A stretch of 64,000 nucleotides of DNA from Phoronis australis. Its lineage: Eukaryota; Animalia; Phoronida. Within the stretch, counting starts at the first letter, position 1; each line of letters begins with the position of its first letter. The notes under the pieces are model-generated. The model ran no database searches. It was not told where the DNA came from and saw only the letters and a list, made by a program, of their open reading frames with translations. Below are positions 1-64,000 of this stretch, piece after piece. The position numbers were made by a program, and so were the translations under genes. Location of the stretch: assembly GCA_002633005.1 (NCBI GenBank), contig NMRA01000327.1, positions 254,684 through 318,683 on the forward strand. Reading direction: 5' to 3'.

Positions 1-88
1 GACAAGCTCTGAAGAAACAGCTTGAGCAGCAGGTTGAACTGACCAAAGTGCTGAGAGCTGGCCAGGAAGAGATGGATAAAGAACGAGG
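1..88 (+). CDS. Partial internal exon of an unidentified upstream gene (coiled-coil-like peptide QALKKQLEQQVELTKVLRAGQEEMDKER)
   Basis: Frame 3 is open, has coding-like composition and heptad-like L/E/Q/K content, and ends at donor GG|GTATGT (89). Confidence 0.6.
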
Positions 89-949
89 GTATGTCTGTAT
101 GTATTTATGTATGTGGCAGTCATGAACTCGCTCGGTTTGTCTGCATGTATACTTTCTAGCAGGTGTTTTAAATTACTCTGTGCATATTGTGATTCACAAA
201 TACATAAGTTTGTAACACTTAAAGCTGCTGTAATTTCTGCCTCCCAACAAGATTTCGAGGTATTTCAAATGGCGTTACGGCGAACCTTGTTCCTAAAGTT
301 TGCTCACTTGTAACATTCCGTTCTGGAATCTCATTTTTCTGTCATGCAATAATTCATTTCTACGCTTCATTATTTGTGTACATGGATACCACGGTCACAC
401 AATTATAACATAACAATAGGATGACTTCACACCAACTACAGCGAACCAGTGCATGCAAATCTAAAATTGATCACGCGTGGCCGCCTCGATTTCATATTTG
501 TGCACAACACATGACATACAAGAACATGATTTGTTGCACACTACCGGGCACTCGGTTGGACAGCCTTACATACCAAAACAAAAACGAGTGAATGGTTCGA
601 CATTGTATATTTTCTCTAAAACCTTGATTCGGTTACAGCAAAGCTTAGTCTGTCTCAAGCCGCAACAAAATTCCAGTTCTTGCCCATAAATTCCTTCAAG
701 TGAAAGTTTAGACCTGTTTTATTATGGCGCGTGTTCTAAATCCAAAGTGCAGAAGGCAGGTTTAACTTTATTTTTTAAAAAAGTTAATGGCCATAAGTCT
801 AGATTTTATTTTTAATGCACCCTCATGTTTATATGTGGATGCCACTGTTTCGTTTTCGGACGAATTCAATGTATTCTACACCACCTTGTAGACATTTTTA
901 CTAGACAGGTTTAAAGTCTTAGCTATTTCTTGGTGTCTACCTTGCTATC

Positions 950-2330
950 AGCCAAACTTCTCTAAGAATGATTACGTAAATCGGTGTTTGTGTTCGTATT
1001 GGGAAGAGGACGGCTGGCGATGATTTTCGGATGGCACCTCCTAGTGGCAGTTTTGTTTTTGCAGTTTCTCATGAACCCTTGCAGGAGCTTTGCCAAATTT
1101 GGCAAGTGCATTTATATGAAAGTGATAACAGATGGTGATGACTAGTTGATAGATCTGACTACCACCGTGCCCCCCATTGGCAATTTTATTTTTTATCATT
1201 ATCCTTTATATCTTCGGATTTTGCAAATGGCATTAGCTTTTGGCCAAATTAGGAGCGAGAGGTGGAAAACAAATCAATTCTAGAGTGCAGCATGACTGTT
1301 GTTTTTCAGGATGGTATTTGACAAATATCGAAACATCGTTTTCCAACTTCAGCAAATACTTATCTATATAGGGACGCCTTCTTCTCATTTTCCAATGGAT
1401 TCAACGTGCATGCTAGCTAGTGATCGTTTTTATTTTTTCGAATGTTTTTTGGCATCTGCCTCCTTATTAGTCAAATTGCACTAGGAATGTTTAGGAAAAT
1501 GGGTAGAAGCAGTTGAAGATGATTTTTGGACTCAAACTACTGTGGCTGCTCCTACTGGCATTTTTTTGTATCAGCGGCTGTATCTCATGAACCCCTTGCA
1601 GGAATTTTGTTAAATTTGGCAAGTATGAAATTAACAATGCTTGGAACAGCTTTGGGATGGATCCGACGAGCACTGTGCCCTCTTTTGGAAATATTTATTT
1701 TTTTACATTTTCCTCTGTATCTTCAAAGATCCTTGATAGTTTTTCATTTTTCATGAAATTTGGCTAGTAGGAATCTATAAAGGAGAGGGCACTGCCTTCT
1801 CGATTTCAGATGGAATGGTCCTGCTGTGGTGCCCTCTTGCAGCAATTTTATTTTTTTCCTGCAACTCAATACATGTTCTTTGACTGTCAAATCTTCATGA
1901 AATTCGGCATGCGCTTCTATTGAGAAGAGTACAACTAATATGGATTTTGGAACAAATCTGACCATTGCGGAATTGCCTAGTCAGGCTATTTTGTTTTTCT
2001 TAGCATTTGCCTTGATGTAGGTCTATCAAGTTCTTTGATGGATGATCAAGAAATTTGGCAAAGAAGTTGCTGTCATGTTACAAACAACAGCACCTGCCTC
2101 GTTTCGGATGGATTTGACCAATGTTGTACACCCTAGAGGCGTTTCTGTTGTTTTTGGTGTCATTTATCATCTGCCTTTTTATCCTCCAAAAACTTGAAGA
2201 ATCATGCTGAAAAGTGACAGGTGTGTTGCTATTGAGGAGAGTATTTCTGAGTTGCTTTGCTCCCTCTAGGGGTTATTATTGAGGTAACTATCATTACTAC
2301 ATTCTGGAGGAATCTTCATGAATATCAATG
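950..2330 (+). repeat. Unclassified interspersed repeat with degenerate ~140-150 bp internal subunits
   Basis: Recurrent motifs (catg)aaatttggc, ggat(g)gat(c/t)tgac, gtgccctct(ag); related to 47400-48620. Boundaries approximate. Confidence 0.6.
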
Positions 2331-2544
2331 CTCTACGATGTTAACCACTAGTGTGCAAAATGCTTTCATAATACAGTTCAGTCACATTCAACAGGGCCAA
2401 GAGGTTTCATGTGAGTAATGTGAAATTATACTCATCTTATGCAAGTTTTGCTGTGAATGAAATCAATAATTGGATTTTTTAACTTAATATCTTTCAGTGT
2501 CCCTTACTGAAAAGGTCACCTTAAATTTCTGTTCTCTGTTGTAG

Positions 2545-2563
2545 ACTAAAGGGTCCAGAATAA
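2545..2563 (+). CDS. Putative terminal coding exon of the upstream gene (G-LKGPE-stop)
   Basis: Pyrimidine tract ttctgttctctgttgtag| precedes it; phase fits the phase-2 donor at 88; TAA at 2561-2563; AATAAA motifs near 3060 and 3113. Very short, so uncertain. Confidence 0.35.
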
Positions 2564-5500
2564 TTGGGCAGAAAGCATGTACCATAATGATAGTCGATGC
2601 AGGAGTTCTAAGACCCATTGTTTCTAGTCTACAGCAAAGTTATGTGTGCTGAATTCCTGGATCAGAACAAAGCATTCAAATGTGACTTCCATGCTGATCT
2701 TCGAAAATCAGGGAGACATGACTGAAGACACTAGCAAAAATATGCTGGCCTATTTGAAGGGCCCTCATGGTGAGGAAGGGCATAACACTCGCATGGTGCT
2801 ATCCCTAATGACCTTGCTAACCTTGTGGAGAATCACACCACTCTTTGTGGACTGCAGGATATAGAAGAGCTGCTTTTAGTGGCTGTAAATTTGTGTTCTG
2901 TCCAAGAAGCCAACTTTTGATTTAGACAACGTACCACTGTAACATTGGTCTCAGCCAGACATCTCAATAATTGTGATGTGTATGGTCTTCGCTTATTGCT
3001 TACTGAAAGTGACTTTCTGGATTTGTCGAGTCAGTCATTCCCTAGGACCATGCTCACCAAATAAAATGACATGCCGAGACGAGCCAGTTTGTAGTGCACG
3101 AATTCAAAAAATAATAAATCGTCAGTTATTTCGAACCCCGAAAAATGACCTTTACTTGACTAAAGAGCAATCTGAGGCCAATTTCAGAACAGTAAGTGGT
3201 TTAAATCAAAAGTTTTTTTTTCGGTAGATTTATAGCCACTTTAAGTCCAACCCAGTCTCCAGTGCAGCTCAAAACTGTAGCCAATGTGGCAGCGTAAGTA
3301 TTGTTGCATTAGAGAGGTTTTTAAGTATTTGATTGTACTTGTATTGTTTTGCACTTGTATGCAATATGTTATGACTGAGACTTAATGGTAGACAAGTCGA
3401 TGAAGTGGAAGTAAAGAGTTATTATTCTTTTACATGATTCCGTCTACAGTGTCTACAACAAATGTATACATAATACTGAGTAGTCAATGACCCTCAATGT
3501 TCTGAGTAATTAAACCAGGAGATAATATATACACAGCTTATTGCCAATATTTACAGATATAACACATGGCCTTCTGGTGCCAACAAAACACAACAGTCCT
3601 CAGTTAAACACTTCTAGCAATGCTGTAAATCACAAAATCATGCACACACTCATCAACCCCTAACTTCTGATCACCTTGACACATTCATGTTTAACACAAC
3701 CTCTTGCAGAATCCTGGGTGACTTGCAAAGCAATTGAGACTGACCACAAGGCATTGACATGTGATCTAGTTGATGAGGAGGAATGACATTTCTGCGTAAG
3801 GATAAGAAAATGATACTTTTATCAAGTTAACGGACGGGTTCATTTGCAAATTACTCCCATTGTATGCAGCCAGATACCAACAGGAGGTCACTGACCAGCT
3901 GCCTCCAGTCACTACTGCTTAGCAAGTTTTCCACAGGCAAATTCAGAAGTTCTTCACCCCCAACGCACAGTAACAGTCAGCTTAAGTCTGATCAACATGA
4001 CCTTTACACCAAACCAAAACCTTGTGGATAGTGTCGACTTAGTCAAATCAAAACTGTCTGTAACTGCACCGTGTGTTCAAACATTGCCAGACGGGTCTTC
4101 TAGTTGTCCTAGCTCATAAAGACGGAATGCAAATTGAAATCGAAAATGTACACAATATTGCACAATATATCAACACTGCTCCCATCCTACACTGCCCTCT
4201 ACAGGCCACTGTATCAACTCACACTATACAACAAACCAGTGTGTGATTTGTGAGATTCCACTGAACTCGACACCGGCTGAGAAAACACTTCATTGCACCT
4301 CATTACGAGCACTGGTAATGGTGGGGAGGGGGTCAACCATAGGAAACTTCGACTGCCAAGGCAGTTAACAAGACTTTAATAAGGATAGATCAGTAACAAA
4401 AGATTTCCAATAGACAGCCTGAATTTACAGACATCAGAACCCTGGGCCGCAATACAGGAACGTGTCAAAAAGCAGAATACTCTTGGTTCAGGTCTAGGGC
4501 CTCGTTTCATAGACGCCAAATTCCTGGTTCGAAAATGTCAGTTCACGCTACGGAATTGTGCAACGACCAGAGTTCTGTCACTGGCCTAGCCTGCTTCTTG
4601 TAAAGAGTTAGTTAAAGGTATATCATACCAAAGATTACTTTACTACCACTTCAAGTAGTCTCATGATAGGCAGGGACTTAAGTGCAAGTATGACTTGTTA
4701 AGGACGCTGAAAATTTCATTAGTCTACAACTTCACAAACAGCAAGATTAACTCGTAAAACAAATTAGGCAGACAAGTGAATTCATTAGTTCATGTCACAG
4801 TTTACTGAAGTAGCTTCAATTAGTATCTCTTAATTTACCTCTCACAAAGAAATAAATCATTTTAGTAATTTAGTAGTATAAAGTTTTTAGTTCATTCCAA
4901 ATGGGTCACTAGGGCATTAATTTCCACAGTCCCTACCAAAGCAACATGTGAACATTTTGATTGTAAAAGTCACTTAAAATATCAGGTACAGTATATTTCA
5001 TAGCTACTGCAACTCCCACTCCCCAATACATAACTATACATAAATTAAATGTGACAAAACAATTACTATAAAATTTACAATTCAAAACCACAGATCACAG
5101 ATCTTTAATATTAGTAACAGTTACTAATTACTTACACCATTATTATTTATAAAATCACAACCAAGGATAGAGGGTGCTATTTAATAATAAACAAAAAATC
5201 AACAGTAAACAATCCGTACACAGTTCTAGTCAAATCTGTTTTAACGTGCACACCTGAGAGATGTCTCGACTTTAGTGTTATGCATCAACTGTTGACCAAA
5301 ACTGAGTAGGAACCTCAATAACTTTTCCCAACTCCGGTCAGGATAACGCAACTTAACATAACAAGTAGGAAATGCCATGGGGTAACAGTAACAGAACTTG
5401 GAATATGGGAGAATGGAGTCCTCAAGAATATGAAGAATGCCAAGTGACTAATCTTTCAAATGGAAATGCAAAAACACCAAATAGCCTGCACTGACGTTAT

Positions 5501-6543
5501 GTGCTCGTTTTCAAAGTGTCACAGTGTTGACATCGCAACTGTGCTTGTTCTTGGAAATCTTTGAAGACCCTTCTGAAGTGTATATATGGCCTTAATCTAG
5601 ACCATCAAATATTTCCAGGTGCTGAAATTACTTCCAAGTCCACACCATGATTTGCTACTTTACTCCCCCCCCAGTAGTACGAGATACCTGGACACAAGTG
5701 TGTGTCTGTGCATGAGTGACCATGGCTTCCACCCTACGCAAAAACTTCTTCACGTCACTCATGGAAAGCACACAAATCTTTACCTGCCTACATCTGCTCA
5801 TTGTAAATTGCATCACTAAAGCAGTTACCGTAGCAACTACAACACAACACAACACAGTATGGCTAGCTTGGCATCATGAGTGACCCTATGCACTCATCTG
5901 ACGATGGAGACCGACAAACAACACTCAATGACACAGCCCACAGCGAAGGTGAATAGAAAGAAAATCTCAGTTGGTCAAGTAGAAAAACCCTGAAACAAGA
6001 TAAGAATGCATGCACACTGCAGTGTGTGAGAACATAACAGACAGGCCTTTGAAGTTGGAACTGTCTACAGTAATATTGAGAAGAATGTCTCTTGGCACAT
6101 TTAGCATGTAGGTTGTGAGCTGATTGAAACGTGAAGCATTTGGGACAAGGAAGACCACAAGCACAAGGTCTTACAAGAGAGACAACAGAAACCATAAGTG
6201 TAAAAGCATTTATGGTGAGAACAGCAGTGCAAACAAGTAAACTTAAGGTCCTAGGAGACTATGCGAGCATAGATGGTAATCAAACAGTTTTTTTAAGAAC
6301 AGAAATTGTGAACAATTGCACTCAGCCATTAAATACTTCCAATATACTCTGAAATTTTAAGTTAGACTGGATTTCCAACTTAAAATCTGTCACTTTGGAC
6401 TTTGTTACATTTCTCAAAAATCAAATCTAGAATTAGAATTATAGTCAAGGTAACACAAATGCTGGGAATGTTCCACTTCCTATATATTTTAAAAGGAGAT
6501 TCCAGATACATCAAAAAATGAAAAAATAGAGTTACAACACCAG

Positions 6544-6940
6544 GGCCCGGGTTCTCATCTTTTTACTAAAAATGTAACTCTAAATTACGTTTGGCATTTT
6601 CTAATACTTTTGTGCGTACTCAAGATGAGTGTCTATTATTCTATGCTCGAGTACATAATGACTAGCACGGATGATTTTTAGTTCTAGTTTGCACTAGATA
6701 AACCAAACATTAAGGCTAGAACTTTGAGTTTGAACTCTAAATTTCAAGTTTTTACTCGAGTTTGTAACACGAATATAAGGGTCATCAAGTGCAAACTTGG
6801 ACTAGAAACTCATATGCATAAACTATAATGTATTCGAGCACAGTCTGATAACCACTTATCTTGACTTGCACAAAGGTAGCAGAGAAATTGCCAAAAACAA
6901 CTTTCAGTTCGTTTCAAGTACAAAGATTAGATTCCAGGCC
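6544..6940 (-). mobile_element. PIF/Harbinger-like MITE (~400 bp), copy 1
   Basis: Termini GGCCCGG...CCAGGCC flanked by CAG/CAG; reverse-complement homolog of 30469-30869. Confidence 0.75.
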
Positions 6941-8289
6941 CAGGACATCGTATTACGGGAGCCAAAATATGAATCGTTCGATTGTCCACAGTACATGCAG
7001 AGTTAAGACACACAGACAGCATGTGATGTGCATAAGCGAGACGTGGTTAAAACACAAAGACAACACTAAACACTGGGGCAGACACAACAACACACATAAA
7101 CCCAATTTGAGTCAAAGTCATGAAATACCACAAACTCGAGCTTGCAAAATCTGTTTTTTTTTTAGTTAAGGAAAAAGCCCCTCGGATGTAATTTCTCTTG
7201 ACATTCTTGGTAGTCAGATAAAGTCATATTCGGGGCAAACAACAATATACTTGGACATTTGTAAAAAAATTAAATCAAATTGTACCATACAATTTTCCAT
7301 AGTGAACAGTACACCAAGTTACTATAAATCACAATTAAGCTGGATTTAGATGTGATTAATGGTATAAGTGAACAACGTGCCACACAGATTAGTGCACACA
7401 GTAACCATAAATACGGAACAAAAAGCTAATGTATGATGAACAGTTCTCAAAGCGAAAGAGAACAAAGTCTTGCCTACACAACATTCGAAATTCTGTAGTC
7501 ATTTTTACTGTTACTATACATGGAACAGACTCTGAAATGGGCTACACTTCTAATGTATGATTTATCACTGCTCAGGCATTGACATACGAAAACACAGTCA
7601 TAACTGTCAGTGATCAAAGATAGACAACAGACACCAATGTAGAGTAAATAAATTCAGGTACAATTTGGGAATAGTGAAACATTTGGAGATTTCACACTGG
7701 CTTTTAAGTGCCTTCAAATAGCAGCACTCACAATCTGCGCTCAACTATCTTAATGCAGCTAAAAATAAATGACAAAGTTAAACATAATCACCCTTCTAAC
7801 TAATTGTTATGATTAATTAATTAGTAAAATAACCCATTGCAAAATATCACATGCAAGTCGACAATCAAGTTGAAAACTGCTTGACATGAAATAGGTTTGT
7901 ATATCCTTTACCATGAGATGTTATACAGCTTGCCAGAAAGAAAATTTAGGAGATTAACCAAAACTGAACAATTACTGCCCGAAAACATCCGATCACATCA
8001 GACTTGAAATTGAACGAAAGTTCATAATGACATGATTAACAGCTCTTCAGAAAGAAAGCTAAGATGATAGCAAGGAATTTTATCTATGCAAGAATTCGCA
8101 CGGGTTACAACTATTGCATTTAAGATTTTGTTCAGATAAGAGGAAGATTTAGTAGTACTTAGTTGCACAGAGCAAGCGATTCTACCAGCATGCGCAGATA
8201 AACAACTTCAATGGCAGCCAGGTGTCCTCACAAGACATGCAGTGCATCCAACATTATATATCATATTGTATCTCGAGTTTCTGTAGTTG

Positions 8290-63095
<54,806 letters not shown>

Positions 63096-63132
63096 TAACA
63101 TCTTTCGTAAAAAGGGAAGTCACTTCTTTTCG

Positions 63133-63427
63133 AATACATTATAGTTTATGAATAGGAGTTTCTAGTTCAAGTTTGCCCTTGAAGACCCTTATATTCGTGC
63201 AACAAACTCGAGTAAAAACTCGAAATTTTGAGTTCAAACTCGAACTTATTGCTTTAATATTGGGTTTACAAACTGTGAACTAAGGGCAATAAATTATCTA
63301 CGTAAGTTATTGTGTACTGGAGCATAGAATAATAGACACTTATCTTGAGTTCGCCCAAAAGTAGAGTAGAAAATGCCAAACCTAATTTTGAGTTCCATTT
63401 CGAGTAAAAAGATTGGAGACCGGGTCC
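63133..63427 (+). mobile_element. PIF/Harbinger-like MITE, 5'-truncated copy 4
   Basis: Near-identical to ~30576-30869; explains the near-identical spurious ORFs 30697..31029 and 63266..63523. Confidence 0.8.
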
Positions 63428-64000
63428 AAAAGTGCCTCCTAATGAAATTTTAAACGTTAATCCTGTCTTAAACTTCCAGAATGTAAGTCCTGATTCCTTG
63501 TTAGTTTTTTTGTGAAATTTCATGAACTTAGAATGTGCCTACTGTTTTTTGAAAACCGTACTACTTCCAGTGTTTTTGTGGAATCAAAACATTTTGAAGC
63601 AATAGAGCAATTAATTAATCAATAGCGGAGTTGCAACGCCGCCATATTGGAAATGGGTCAGAATGTTGCATTGTGGTTACAATGGTAAACTTCAGTAAAC
63701 AAGTATGTTGGCAACCGTGCGGGCGAACGGGCTACGGGGAGGTTATACGTGTTGTGTGCCTGGCATGCTATAATACCAGTTAGCGAAATAAAAAAATTAG
63801 TTACTACCTGTTTCCCAAGGATCAAGAACTGCGTTAAACATGGGTCAGAGACATCGGTAGAGCTGGTAGCAAAGGCCGACTTCGTGAATTCTTTCCGACT
63901 TCGTAGCATAAAGTGTGCAGCGCTCATTTTGAGGGCGGCAAGAAAACGTATCTTAGAAACTGCCCAACAATATCTCCCTTCAAAGAAACAGTAACAAATA

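Noticed and set aside
5619-7169. Cluster of 65-110 aa ORFs between the genes
   Set aside because: No domains or coherent splice structure; composition fits UTR or intergenic DNA.
63600-64000. GC-richer segment with opposing ORFs at the window end
   Set aside because: No pecanex similarity recognised; probably the start of an intronic repeat, truncated and unclassifiable here.

Overview
Eukaryotic (animal, probably invertebrate) AT-rich genomic DNA with spliceosomal genes; nothing prokaryotic. Two genes sit head-to-head with only 657 bp between their ATGs. On the minus strand is a complete 8-exon mixed-lineage kinase (MLK; MAP3K9/10/11/21, slipper family; CDS 37759->8290, 3012 nt, 1003 aa; SH3-kinase-leucine zipper-CRIB). 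On the plus strand are the first 26 exons of a pecanex gene (ATG 38417; 1612 codons reconstructed to 63053; continues past the window). Splice phases close consistently for both models. The probable last two exons of an unidentified coiled-coil gene lie at 1-2563. Introns hold several non-autonomous DNA transposon/MITE families, SINE-like relics and minisatellites, and there are two single-N gaps. Highlights: (1) the MLK-pecanex head-to-head pair mirrors human MAP3K9-PCNX1, MAP3K11-PCNX3 and MAP3K21-PCNX2, and pecanex carries an SH3-ligand motif; (2) a U12-type minor intron in pecanex; (3) a TMV-type leaky stop (TAG CAA CTA) at the MLK C-terminus; (4) a tandem repeat built from a splice acceptor; (5) an exon duplication that is probably a haplotype assembly artefact. 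All calls are by eye; no searches were run.
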